64,000 bases of DNA, from contig CM075987.1 of NCBI GenBank assembly GCA_038087875.1, positions 16,556,001 through 16,620,000 on the forward strand, read 5' to 3'. Shown here piece by piece: positions 26,266 to 38,550 of this stretch. The notes beneath the pieces were generated by a model. It saw only the letters and a program-made list of their open reading frames with translations, did not search any database and had not been told where the DNA came from. Each line of letters begins with the position of its first letter. Position 1 is the stretch's first letter. This DNA comes from Malacoraja senta. Taxonomy: Eukaryota. A program made the translations under genes and the position numbers.

Positions 26266-26943
26266 GTCAATTTACTCGTTCCTCGAATCGTGACATTCAA
26301 GTCAAGATGTGGCACTCAGGAATATCTTAAGGATGAAAAAGAGTTTAAAAATGTCTTCAACTGCAGGGACTGAGGGTTTTTTGTGTCACCCTCGCAAGCC
26401 AAGCTTAAATCCAGGCCAGACTGACGTGACATCAAATGAAGTTACATTGGATAAGTTTCATGGTATTTCAGCCACGTCCTAAAGCAAAGAAATCAATACA
26501 TGCTTTAATTTTCATTGCACTGCTTCTTGGCTTTGCAATTTTATTGCTTTACACCAATAATCTATTGTAATGTAGGAATTATCAACCAGTACATACACAC
26601 CACTAACTACAATGCCCAGAGGATCTGTTTCCATGGTTTGAGGGTAAACATTGGCTAGCATGCCATCTTTACTCTTCTGCTTTTGTGAAAGGTTTGCTTT
26701 GGGACTTTTTACATATGCACAAGGATACAAACAGATCCTCAATTTAACATTTCAACCAGAAGGTGGCACCTTTGACTGTTTTTTCCTCCCTCAACAATGC
26801 AGTGAGGTATCCGCCAGCTTGAACTAGAGAGAGGACTTTCCACTCCCGTACCTGGCAGTGTATTTCTAATTGGGAGGAACTCATTGTGTGCAGTTTACTC
26901 ACCCAGCGACCTTTGTGATTTTGCTCTGTCCTGTTGTGAGCAG

Positions 26944-27108
26944 GTGATGTCTTGGTGATGGATGACTATGGCTACATGTATTTCCGGGACCGTACTGGGG
27001 ACACTTTCCGTTGGAAAGGTGAGAACGTGTCGACCACAGAGGTTGAGGGAATTCTAAGTCGCTATCTCAGCATGGCCGACGTTGTTGTCTACGGAGTAGA
27101 GGTGCCAG
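26944..27108 (+). CDS. SLC27A4: SLC27A4 exon (165 nt) with FATP/VLACS signature
   Basis: gcAG|GT...CCAG|GTAAG; (G)[54 protein letters not shown](G). Confidence 0.98.
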
Positions 27109-27162
27109 GTAAGAGAACTCCATCTGTGGATGTGTGTTAGTGTCATGGTGGTCAGTTTCTAT

Positions 27163-27764
27163 CAAAGATCCTATAGCAAGCAAGATAGATCACTCGACAA
27201 AAAAGACGTAGTACGGTCATGGGCAGATTCATGGGTAATTTTAGGCCCCATTTCCGTAACCGGCTTCCGTCTCCGCACCAAAGATCCCATAGCGGAGCAA
27301 AGATAACTAGTGCGGAGACGGAAGCCGGTTACGGAAACATCCTCGTAAAAATCAAAGTTATTTGGTAAAAATCTTCTCCTCGTTTTCAGAATTTTAATTT
27401 ATTTATGTAGATGATATATGCATGTGCCTTTAACATAGTGACCTCATACCTACTAACCACTCCCCATATCACAAGTATAACTACAACCTCCCCACCCACA
27501 GATCGCTCTCTAGTTCCTGTGACAGACCACGTACAGCTAGTGCAATATGTAATGCTCCAGTATGAATAAAGATAGTAAAGTAACGATGCCTCGTTATAGC
27601 TTCTTTACAATTTACACAAACTGTTCCCCCGCAACGTTGATTACACTGCGATTCGGGTCGGGTCGGGATGAAAAAAAGGCCCACGTTCCGTTCCGTTGCA
27701 TACTACACGTCAGCCCATTGCATTTAGCAGGAGTGGTCTATCTTGCTCCGCTATAGGATCTTTG
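27163..27764. mobile_element. Non-autonomous hAT DNA transposon (602 bp)
   Basis: TIR CAAAGATCCTATAGC...AGCAAGATAGATCACTC / GAGTGGTCTATCTTGCTCCGCTATAGGATCTTTG; perfect 8-bp TSD GTTTCTAT at 27155-27162 and 27765-27772. Confidence 0.9.
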
Positions 27765-28598
27765 GTTTCTATGTCCTTATTTCAGCAGGAGCACATCAAC
27801 TTCAGTTTCTACGGCAGACTGTAGAGAAACCGTCAGGTTTTTAACCTCCCGAGTTCGACCCATTCACCTCTGCCTGTAGCACCCATTGGGCTTCAGCTGA
27901 GGGCTTTGCACTGAGACTGAAACACCATGGTTCAGGTTTATTATCGTCACATGTACTGAGGTACAGTGAGAGGCTTTGCATGCTCTCCAATCAGATCAGA
28001 TAATACAATCACATCACACTCCAGTGCTATAGAGCCGAGAGGAAGGTACCGAGTGCAGCAAATAGTTCTCAGGAATGTAGCGCACCAGTTCCAATGTGGT
28101 GGAGGTGAATTGGACAGTACCTTAACTCATTGTAGGACCATTCAGAAGCCTGATAACAGAGGGGAAGCGGCTTTTTCTGAGTCTGGAGGTGCGCACTTTC
28201 AAGCTTCAAGCTGACGGGAGCAGGGCTGAGCAGAGCAAAGGCGGAATTACTTTTCTAGGGACTTGTAGGTCAGTTACTTGGCAGAGGTGGTGAAGGGGAG
28301 CCAAAGTCTGTACAAGGTCACTGTTTTTCTTGTCAAAAATAGCAGAGAGAAGATTTGAGTTGGAGCTGCTTTTAGATTCACTGGAAAAGTCTGTGTGAAC
28401 TGACCTGAATGATGGTCCTTTTCATCATTAATCATCAACTATACCGTGACTGACCTTGTGATCTTTTCTTTATTTGCAATGAGGACAGTAGGACCAAGCC
28501 ACCAATTCCAGATCATTTGACCACTCCAGAATGCTCAAGTCATCTCTAGTGATGCTGTATTTCCACCCCTCTCTTTCTTTCCCCAACCCTTACTCTAG

Positions 28599-28745
28599 GT
28601 GCGGATGGTAAAGCTGGGATGGCTGCCATATCAGACACCAGTGGTTGGATAGACTTGGAGAAGTTCTACGTGGACCTTGAGATGGCTTTGCCACCGTACG
28701 CACGGCCTGTGTTCCTGCGGTTGCTGCCAGTAGTGAGCAAGACGG
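28599..28745 (+). CDS. SLC27A4: SLC27A4 exon (147 nt)
   Basis: tctAG|GT...ACGG|GTATG; (G)ADGKAGMAAISDTSGWIDLEKFYVDLEMALPPYARPVFLRLLPVVSKT(G). Confidence 0.96.
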
Positions 28746-29267
28746 GTATGTAGCTATCCAATCTCAGCCAGAGGTTTGGGAATATTTGGGAAGCAATGCA
28801 TTCATTGTGGGCCGGAAAGTGGAGAGATAATTGATCAAGTAACATCCTTCCGTGATGTTGGTTGAAATATGAAAGTTAACCTTCATTGTTTAGGACCTCT
28901 TGCATATCTCCAATTAGGCGGGGGTTTGGGGTCCAGCTGAGGGAGCAAGGCATGGGACTTCATCTTAACCCTGCATCTGACCGATGGTACTTCCAACAAT
29001 ACAGTGCCCCCCCCTATAAATTGGACATTTGAAGAGGTACACGATAGGACAGGTTTAGAGGGATGAGCCAAAAGTGGGACTAGTGGTTGGCAGGGACAAG
29101 TTGGGCTAAATGGCCAGTTTCCCTGCTGTATGAGTCTGTAAGTGTCGAACCAAGATCGTGACCATGAACTTGCGACCTGTGACTCGGAGATGAAAGCTCT
29201 ACTCACGGCTGATACCTAACATTCATTATACTCAACACTAGCCTTTTCCTTATTTTCCCATTCCCAG

Positions 29268-29425
29268 GGACCTACAAGTTCCAAAAAACAGAGATGAGAA
29301 AGGAAGGATTTGACCCAAGATTCATCAAGGACAGACTTTATCTCCTGGATCAACGACAGCAGAAATATGTATCACTGGAGGAAGAGCTTTTTAAAAAGAT
29401 CCAATCGGGAATAATGAAGCTATGA
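29268..29425 (+). CDS. SLC27A4: SLC27A4 terminal coding exon to stop codon
   Basis: cccAG|GG; (G)TYKFQKTEMRKEGFDPRFIKDRLYLLDQRQQKYVSLEEELFKKIQSGIMKL*, TGA at 29423-29425. SLC27A4 rather than SLC27A1 is supported by the sequence ([19 protein letters not shown]) and adjacency to URM1. Confidence 0.96.
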
Positions 29426-31784
29426 TTAAAATGATATCTATAAATATACTGTTACCTCATTGTTACTCTTGTCAGTAGCCACAACAAGCAGAAGGGATAA
29501 TTTGTCCCACTTCAGTTACTTGACCAGACTTGCATGTACAGGAACTTTACAGAAATTTTTGTTATTTTTCTTTATCTAAGTTTATTACAGATTTGCTAGT
29601 AATTTATGAAGAGAGATTATTACAATTTTGCACAAGAAAAATTATAATTAATTTTTATTGCCTGTACTGTTTTGGGTCTTATTTTTTAAGTGGGATAAAG
29701 CTTTCTCTTTGTTCATTTCTTGAGAACCTGCGAACATCCTCGAGTGTGTTGAGAATGTAATTAAACAGGATTCAATAAGAAGAGGCCTTTTGCAATTCAA
29801 AGCCTCACTCGGTCTTGGTCCTTTCATCTCTCTGATTGCTCTTCCTTCTGGAACTGGGAATCGTGTAGTAGATAACGCTCCGTATGAAAGAGGTCTCACA
29901 AGATTCATTCCTGTAATCAAAGCCGTACAAGTGGGCTGTACGCTGTGCTTTTTGGAAGACTGAGAGGTAATCTCTTTGAAATGTGCAGAATTCATAGAGG
30001 GCTTGATGAGGTACATTCCAAAAAGTTACTTCCTTTGGCTAGCTTGGCAAAGAATAAGAAATGGGAGCAATTATTGAACAGGCTGGGGATATATATATAT
30101 GTATGTATGTGTGCATATGTATGTATGTGTGTGTGTGTGTACAAGATACATTTATTTGTCAGTTGGTACAGTGAAATGTGTGGTCACCATACAGCCGTAC
30201 AAATAATAAAAGAACACAACACACGATAGAGTCCAACATAAAACATCCCCACACAGCAGAATCAAAGTTTCCCACTGTGACACACACACACATGTAAGGT
30301 CTCTACTGTTAAAGTCAGTGTGAAGATGCCAACCAGGAAATAACAACAATGAGAATGCGAACTCAATGACCGCAAACTCCGGCCATAATTCCAGTCCTTA
30401 AACACAAAGTCCACTGCAGAGACCATGATATCTATTCTTCGGTCAAAGGGTAAACTGCCCACAGACAGTCACCACTGTAGTGTTGCTGCTGCACAGAGTG
30501 TGTCCTCCGGCTGAGTTGCCCTGGCAAGGTTCTGACCATGAACGCTCTGCGTTCATATAGATGTCTCCTACTCACCCATCCTGGTTCTACAACTAGAGTG
30601 TAGTACATTGGTCATACCATCTGTGATCTGTGGTAGACTCAGCCCTGCACCCAGAGAATGGTGACGGCATGATTAAATTAATGGAGCAGAAATCCAGCGA
30701 CCTGACATAATCCAGTGGATTCAAAATATAAATTCAGTTAATTAAGTCTATCCAGAGTTAAAATCCTTGCATTCATGATGGTGGCTTTGAAATTCCGAGC
30801 TGCCTCCACTGGTTTATCCAGCTTTACAGTTCATTGAATTACTGAATTATTACAGAACTGATGGGGGCCCATGAAGTTCTTCCTCAGATGCCTCGTGTCG
30901 TTTGGCCATAATTTAAAATCTATGTCTCCTGGTCCTTGAACAATGTGCGAATAGGAATAGCATCTCCCTAATCCATGATCTTGATCTGTACTCTGTTGGG
31001 GAGCGTCCTAACAAATGGAGTTCGTTCTGTTGGTATTTCAAGGTCTCTATCCAAATTCTATCAAACCTCCTTGTTCTTCTAAGGAGAATGGCCCCAGGTT
31101 CTCCTGCCCAACCTGGCCGATAGCCCACACCCCCTCTCCTCCCTGTAAATTATTTTGACATCCTCTCAAGCATCTTCATGTCCTCCCTAGGGTTACAATG
31201 ATAAGGGTTTAGTTACAATTCAAGTGCAATGTTCAGATTTTAAGACAGTTGGAGATGGGCAACAATGCTGGCTGAGGTATCACTGTCCTCATCCTGTAGA
31301 ATTGCATGGGACAGGAAGGAAGAGCAGTCAAAGGGGGAACAACTGGAGCCACATGGATCCTGTCATTTCCTTGCAGTACTCAGATCGTGCCACTGGGTGT
31401 CACTGTCCATGCACAGTGCAGTTATCCCCGACTCATTCTCCTGGGATCAGGGTTGGCCACTTCCCCTCAAGTCCAACAGGTGCTAAGGTGGTTGACAACA
31501 AAGATCCTGAAGCAAAGAAGCCCAAGAGTAGAGCAACTGGAATCTTGATATTGCTATTATTTTTCCAAATGCTGCAGTTGTGAACAGTGTGATTAGATGA
31601 ATTACAGAGTGCAAGCGTAATACAAAAACCAACTCAATCACAGCACATGAGCCATTTAAAAAGAAATGTTTTAAAAATACATTAAAAAAGAAAATTAACA
31701 GAATCATAATTTATAAACATATAACAAAAATTAACAGAATTATGAATTAATTGAATTATGAATCTAACCCTATATCACACACAC

Positions 31785-31940
31785 AAGCTGTTTCCCCGCA
31801 ACGCTGATTACACTAAGAGAGGGATAACCAAAGTCAGGTTGGGATTTCTGAAATGTCCCACGTTCCGCTCCGTTGCGTACTACACGTCAGCCCATTGGAT
31901 TTAGCAGGAGTGGACCATCTTGCTCGCTATAGGATCTTTG
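31785..31940. mobile_element. Right-end fragment of the same hAT family
   Basis: CGTTGCGTACTACACGTCAGCCCATTG...GCTATAGGATCTTTG matches 27620-27764. Confidence 0.8.
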
Positions 31941-33130
31941 GTTGACAAGGCCAGTGAGGGTCTCCTCAGATACTACCACAGGGCGGGGCATGAGGGGGCA
32001 AGCAGACAGGAGCAACTGCCTCAACAAGGCAGACAATATCAAAGCACACACCACCCTGGCCACGCTCTCATTTCACTCCTACTATCAGGAAGAAAGTACA
32101 GGAGCATGAAAACCATGACCACTAGGTTCAAGAAAAGCTTCTTCCCAGCAACCATCAGTCTCTTGAACACTGCACAACACTAACCTCAGCAACTACGGTC
32201 TTCTATGGACTGTGTCTTGGTTGCTGTACAGACTTCAGGTTTGCACTATTATAGTCGGGTTACCTAATACCACATGGAGTAGTATAGCACAGTAACTGGT
32301 CTTTTGGTCCACAATGTCTGTTATTGATTTGTTATATTATTGATCATTATTTATTTAGGTTAATGGGCCTGTTAAGCTGTAGTAAGTAAGAATTTAATTG
32401 TCCCATTGCTAGTACAGAAACACTTTCTCACGTTATAAAAAAATGATGTATTCAAGAGAGAGTTAGATTTAGCTCTTAGTGCTGACAGAGTCAAGGGATA
32501 TGGGGAGAAAGCAGGAGCGGGGTGCTGATTTTGGATGATCAGCCATGATCATATTGAATGGCGATGCTGGCTCGAAGGGCCGAATGACCTACTCCTGCAC
32601 CTATTTTCTATGTTTGCTCGAAGGGCCGAATGGTCTTCTGCATTGTTTTCCATGGTTCTTGACTCTTGAGGTTTGTGAGGTGGTGTCCTTCCTCCATTGC
32701 GTCTGTTTTAGCACAAGTGAAACACTCCCAGGCCCCTCACTCGTGTTTACTCTCGTGTTCACTCGGTTGAACGACCGCACAGTTCTGAGGCATCGCTGCA
32801 CTATTGGAAGTGCTGCCTGGCAGCTGAGCCTTTAATTCAAGGCCCTGTCAGCTCTCTTCAATCAATATCAGATATCCCGGGGCATGACTTTGAAGAACAG
32901 CATAGTTATCCCTGGCGTCAGCATCTCTAAAATGGATTATTTGGTCATCACAACAGTCAAAGTGTACAGCAACAGGCTCCTCGGCCCAACTCGCCAATGC
33001 CACCAAAATGCCCCATCTAATATAGTGGGCCATATTACTCAAAACATTTCCTATCCATGTATCAGGCCAAATGTATTTTAAATGTTATTATTGTACCTGC
33101 TCAACTACTTCCTCTAGTAGTTTGTTCCAT

Positions 33131-33645
33131 ATAATAATAATAATAATACATTTTATTTGTGGGCGCCTATACAAAAGTCTCAAGGACACCTTACAGAATA
33201 TAACAGAGAAACAAATAATCGGAGTAAAATAAGTTATAAAGATATCACCAATACACAAATTAAAGACAGAATTCGATTCAAAGACATTAAAAAAATCAGA
33301 AACACAATGTGAAGAGAGAGCAGCGCCAGCTAAACCGCGCCAGCGTCCACTCTCCCTTCCGACCGCCATCTTGGACACAGACTAACAAAGAGACTACACA
33401 CAAAAATCATCCCCCCACAATGGTTACCACTGTGGGGGAAGGCACAATGTCCAGTCCCCATCCCCAGTTCTCCCAAAGTCAGGCCTATTGGGGCCCCCGC
33501 TATTGCCTCTACGGAGGCCCGATGTTCCTGGCCGTTCTCACCGGGTGCTGTTGCTCCGGCGTCGGGAGAGTCCTCTCAGCGGCTGGGCCACCTGGAACGG
33601 CCGATTCCCTACTGGAGTCCGTGGCTTCCGAAGCCGACAGGGGCG
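33131..33645 (-). mobile_element. Retroposon 3' end with L2-like tail, nested in an older CR1 fragment
   Basis: Reverse strand ...TGTAAGGTGTCCTTGAG...GGCGCCCACAAATAAAATG(TAT)n; CR1 sequence resumes on both sides. Confidence 0.55.
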
Positions 33646-34417
33646 CGCCATCACCCACCACCCTCTGTGTGAAAAAGTTGTCTCTCAGGTTCCTATTTAA
33701 TCTTTCCCCTCTCACTTTCAACCTACGCCCTCTTGTTATTGATACTCCTACCTTGGGGGAAAAAAGACTCTGTACATTCTATCTATTCCCCTAATGATTT
33801 TATGCACCTCTATAAGATCACCCCTTAGCCTGAACTCCAAATAATAATATCCTAGTCTGCTGAGCCTCGCTCTACAGCTCAGCCCCTCAAGTCCTGGCAA
33901 CATCCTCAAATCTTCTCTGCACCTTTCCAGCTGAATGGCATCTTTCCTATAATGGGGTGACCGATACTCATCAACTTCAATGGCCTCACCAACTTCTCAT
34001 GCAGCATTTTGCTGTGGATGGGACCTTGCTCTGCACAGCTTTGCTGCTGCTTTTTCCAGCATCACAAAAGTGACAATTAAAAATATATATTGTAGTGCCT
34101 TATGGTGCTGAGATGGGATGTGAAACGGGCCACATAAACTCCAGTTTTTATTTTCTCCAGTCAGGGAAACACTGACACCAGGTAGCAGCTCCGTAAACCA
34201 TTAACTAGTCAAAGAAATCAGGTGGTTGAGGATGAGAAATGGAAAGGTTTAGGAAGAGCCGTTGGCACTCTGGACTGAAGAGATGGCTGGGTTTGTGAGG
34301 ACTGCAGAGAATGTTAGAGCTGGAGGGGAAATGGAGAAAGGGTTGTAGATAGACACATGGACATGCAGGGGATGGAGGAATATAGATCACAGGCAAGCAG
34401 AGAAAATTAGTTTAACG

Positions 34418-34700
34418 TCGTGGCACAGCTGGTAGATCTGCTGCCTCACAGCACCACAGACCCAGGTTTGACCCTGACCTCGGCTGCTGTCTGTGCGGAG
34501 TTAGCACATTCTCCCTGTGACCATGTGGGTTTCCTCCCACATCCCATAGACGTCTGGGTTTGTACGTTATTTGGACTCTCTAAATTCCCCTTAGTGTGTA
34601 GGGAAGTAGATGAGAAAGTGGGATGATATGGAATTAGGGTGAATGAGTGATCAATGGTCGGCGTGGGCTGAAGGGCCAGTTTCCAGGCTCTGTCTTTCAG
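34418..34700 (+). mobile_element. tRNA-derived SINE
   Basis: GTGGCACAGCTGGTAGA head and family core. Confidence 0.75.
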
Positions 34701-35077
34701 TCAATCAAAAACCAAGCACCATGTTCGGCGTGGACATTGTGAGCTGAAGGGCCTGTTCCTGTGCTGTACTGTTCATTGTTCTATGTTTAAGGAATAAGGC
34801 TGAAGGAGGTTGCTGAGGCAGAGGTAATATGGCCAAGGTAGGATTTCATTGTGTGAATGACAAGTTCGGGCCCTCTGCCAAAGTTGGAGCTAAAGATTTT
34901 CTCAATGCCATGCAACATTACTAAAGAGATGCTGCAGCTGGAAAAGTCAAAATTAGAATCATTGTGTGCATGATGGAGTGGAAATTAATGACAGTGCAGG
35001 GACAGTTATTAACAGGATTATCGGAAAGGTCGAGAGTTCTGTCGCAGAGTGAGTCTTCAACCCATGCCTCGTAGCAT

Positions 35078-35381
35078 GGCACGGTTTGCCAGCGGTAGGG
35101 TTGCTGCCTTACAGCGCTAGAGACCCGGGTTCGATTCTGACTAAGGGTGCTTGTCTGTACGGAGTTCCTACGTTCTCCCCGTGACCTGTGTGGATTTTCT
35201 CCGGGATCTCCTCCCACAATCCAAAGACGTACAGGTTTGTAGGCTAACTGGCTTGGTATAATTGTAAAATGTCCCTAGTGTGTGTAGGGTAGTGTAAGTG
35301 TTTGGAGATCGCTGGTCAGTGCAGATTCGGTGGGCCGAAGAGCCTGTTTCCGTGCTATATCTCTAAACTAAACTAAACTAA
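35078..35381 (+). mobile_element. Near full-length tRNA-derived SINE (HE1/V-SINE-like)
   Basis: GGCACGG...AGCGGTAG A-box, GGGTTCGATTC B-box, central core, LINE-like 3' end GGTGGGCCGAAGAGCCTGTTTCCGTGCT and (CTAAA)n tail. Confidence 0.85.
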
Positions 35382-35940
35382 AGCTGCTCCTCACAAGCCT
35401 CCATCCCCATCCTATTTACCCTATAGATAGGGTAGACAGTCAGAACCTTTCTGCTAGAGTGGAAATGTCAAAGACTAGAGGGCATACAGTCGCTTTAACG
35501 TGAGAGGGGCAAAGTTTAAAGGAGATGTGCAGGGCAGGTTTTTGACAAAATGTGGTGGGTGCCTGGAAAGCACTGTCAGGGGTAGAGGTGGAGGCAGATA
35601 TGATAGTGGTGTTGAAGAGGCACATGAATACGCAGGAAATAGAGGGTATTGGATCATGTACAGGAGATTAGTTTACCTTGGCTTCGTGTACGGCATGGAT
35701 GTTATGGACCAATGGGCCTGTTCCTGTGCTGTACTCTTTGTTCTATGTAGACACAAGGAATATTGTGGAGATGCAGGAGTTTTTACAAATAAAGCACAAA
35801 GAGCCGGAGTAACTCAGTGCGTCAGGCAGCATCTCTGGAAGACATGGATAGGCGACGTTTCGGATTGTGCCCTTCTTCAGTCTGATCCAAAATGTCACCT
35901 ACTCATGTCTTCAAGAGATGCTGCCTAACGCGCTGTGTTA

Positions 35941-36415
35941 AGGGCCTGTCCCACGGGTATGCGACTCCATGCGGCAAGCGGGACCTAACCGGAAGCGGGG
36001 GCCGCGCGGAGGTTGAGTGATCCCCGTACAGGGCCGGTCCCACCAGCATGCGGCTGCATGCGGCAAGCGCGACCAAACCGGAAGCGGGGGCCGCGCGGAG
36101 GTCGAGTGAGTGACGCGGGAAGTTCGCGCGTGACGTATGGCGTCAAGACACTGCGTACGGCGTCGAGACGCTGCGCACGCCCATCGAGGCGGTGCATACG
36201 GTGTCGAGGTGGCTGCGGGCCGGCAGGCCGTTGCCGCACGGAATTTTTGAACACGGTCAGTTTTTCGGAGCCCCGCGTGATGTCGGGACTAGCTCCGCAA
36301 ACTCCATACGGCTCCGGCGATCGAAGTGGGACCGGCCCCGCGAGGCCGTACGGCTCAAGCGACCACGTTAGGTCCCGCTTGCCACATGGAGTCGCATGCT
36401 GGTGGGACAGGACCT
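35941..36415. mobile_element. GC/CpG-rich PIF/Harbinger-type MITE nested in a PLE-derived short element
   Basis: ~48-bp TIRs AGGGCCTGTCCCAC...GGGACCTAAC / GTTAGGTCCC...GTGGGACAGGACCT; TTA TSD at 35938-35940 and 36416-36418. Confidence 0.9.
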
Positions 36416-37534
36416 TTACTCCAGTATTTTTTGTATTGTTCTACATTCCAGCCCCTCTCTCTCCCCAACACTTGATGACTGAACTTGTACGTATTGAACG
36501 AGGGTAGTAGTGGAAGTGCTACGCCAAAACTCTTTGGACTGCACACAGCAATCAGAGCTCTCCTGCAATGATAATGTCCTGCAATCAAACTGTAGTTCCA
36601 TAGGTGAGAAGGTTGCCTGCTAACCCACGGCATCTCTGTACACTATTTTTCAGAGCACTCTGAATCATTCCAGTGTCCGTCAGTCAGAACAAGGTGGCAG
36701 TTTGTTGGCAGTGGCGGTGTTGCTGCCTTGGTGACACGGAGGTCTTCCAACAGAGTGTGCCAATGACATTTAATTATTTCCCCCCCCGGCTCGCGTTAAG
36801 AAATGTTTTCCTTTTATGTGGCAGTAACTAGATACTGTGAAAATCGCAGCCTGCGAATCTTGGCAATGGTTTTCCATTTGAAATCCAGATATTCCCTGAT
36901 GGCAAGGCTGGTATCTGCAGCGAGGCATAAGGGTGTTAATATGGGAGGGCGCCCACTGGCCAGCATGGATGGGTTGGGCCGAGTGGCCTCGTTTCAATGC
37001 TGCAAGACTCGATGATTCCAGGAATCAGACAGAAGGCCCAACCTCACAGCAGTGTAGCAGTGCAGACTGAAGGACAGTTCCTCATTGTATCTGAACACTA
37101 CTAATCCACGTGGGCTGTTATACCTGACAGTTGTTTTCGTGGGGACACAGGGAACTGCAGGTGCTGGAATTTTGAACAAAACACAAAGTGTCCTATCTGG
37201 GACACATGACAATAAACTCTCTTGAATCTCTTGAATCTTGAAGTGCTGGAGTAACTCAGTGTGTCCGGTAGGATCTATGGAGGGAATGGATAGGCGACGT
37301 TTTGGGTTGGGACTGAAAGGTCGCTGTTCCATTGCATCCGTGGATGATGCCTGACCTGCTGAGTTCCAGCACTTTCTGTGTGGCAGTTGATTTACTGGCG
37401 TCTCATTAAACTGTGTGAACAATATGACAACTAATAATACAAGCGTGATTACGCATCGAAGCTTCGACAGGCAGAGGTCGGTAAAGATGCAATATCAAAA
37501 TCAAGCCAAGTGTGTTTAATTGTCAGATGTACCA

Positions 37535-37897
37535 GCAGCAGAACACTTCAACTCCCCCTCCCATTCCGAATCTGACCTTTCTGTCCTGGGCCTCCTCCAT
37601 GGCCAGAGTGAGGATCACCGTAAATTGGAGGAGCAGCACCTCACATTTCGCTTGGGCAGTTTACACCCCAGCGGTATAAACATAGACTTCTCTAATTTCA
37701 GGTAGTCCCTGCTTTCTCCTCCCCTTCCCAGCTCTCCCTCAGCCCACTGTCTCCGCCTCTTCCTTTCTTCTTCCTGCCCCCCCCCCCCCCACGCTCACAT
37801 CAGTCTGAAGAAGGGTCTCGACCCGAAACGTCGCCTATTTCCTTCGCTCCATAGATGCTGCCTCACCCGCTGAGTTTCTCCAGCAGTTTTGTCTACC
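37535..37897 (+). mobile_element. PLE 3' fragment (GIY-YIG C-terminus plus pLTR with hammerhead-like core)
   Basis: EHFNSPSHSESDLSVLGLLHGQSEDHRKLEEQHLTFRLGSLHPSGINIDFSNFR*; CTGAAGAAGGGTCTCGACCCGAAACGTC at 37805-37832. Confidence 0.85.
37805..37832 (+). ncRNA. Minimal type I hammerhead ribozyme-like motif (best-conserved copy; similar at 38422, 40310, 43919, 59381)
   Basis: CUGAAGA-A-[GGGU cucg ACCC]-GAAA-CG-UC; palindromic ACGU stem III; position in the PLE 3' pLTR as described for PLE hammerheads. Stem I is weak and activity is unproven. Confidence 0.6.
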
Positions 37898-38324
37898 AAT
37901 GAAATTCTTTTACTTGCTGCAGCTTAACAGGCCCACTCATAGATAAATATATAACCAATAATAAAATAAAGTACAACACTAGGTAACCATGACAGCTTTC
38001 AACGGTGAGATGTTACAACTAATGATAACTATTCCTGGAGTTCTAGTAGTATTTCACAGCCTCAGTAATCCCAAAGTACTATTCTCCACCCACGAAACCG
38101 ATTACAGCGAAATCCTGACCGCACAAACATCAGGCTCAGTCTTTAGATCATGGCAAGGCTTGCACACTATAATGGGCCACAAGGGAAAGATGTGCCATAT
38201 CGCTGGCAACAATAGGTCCCTCCCCAATGGACTCAATGCATTCCACACCCACTCTGAATAGAAGATCGGTGATAGAATGCCAGCCACACTGCCAGTCGCG
38301 GGAGCGCCTGTACCAATGGTGATT

Positions 38325-38550
38325 GAAGACAGACACCAAATGCTGGAGTAACTCAGCGGGGCAGATAGCATCTCTGGATAGAAGGGATGGGTGACGTTTT
38401 GGGTCGAGACCTTTCTTCTGACTGAAGAAGGGTCTCGACCTGAAACGTCACCCATTCCTTTTCTCCAGAGATGCTGCCTGTCCTGCTGAGTTACTATAGC
38501 ATTTTGGGTCTATCTTCAGTGTAAACCAGCATCTACAGTTCCTTCCTACA
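38325..38550. mobile_element. Fold-back PLE-derived element
   Basis: Inverted arms meeting at ~38420 with hammerhead-like cores on both strands; ACCAATGGT repeated at both flanks. Confidence 0.8.

Noticed and set aside
29414..29430. C-terminal MKL as a peroxisomal PTS1, and ATTAAA overlapping the stop as the poly(A) signal
   Set aside because: MKL does not fit the canonical (S/A/C)-(K/R/H)-(L/M) signal; the ATTAAA would leave almost no 3' UTR and cannot be supported without transcript data.
35078..35150. tRNA gene-like A and B boxes (also in other copies)
   Set aside because: These are SINE heads followed by SINE body and tail; no complete cloverleaf.
35985..36507. Arg-rich ORFs and CpG island suggesting a gene or promoter
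   Set aside because: The CpG-rich core lies within a TIR/TSD-bounded Harbinger MITE and the ORFs have no recognisable homology.
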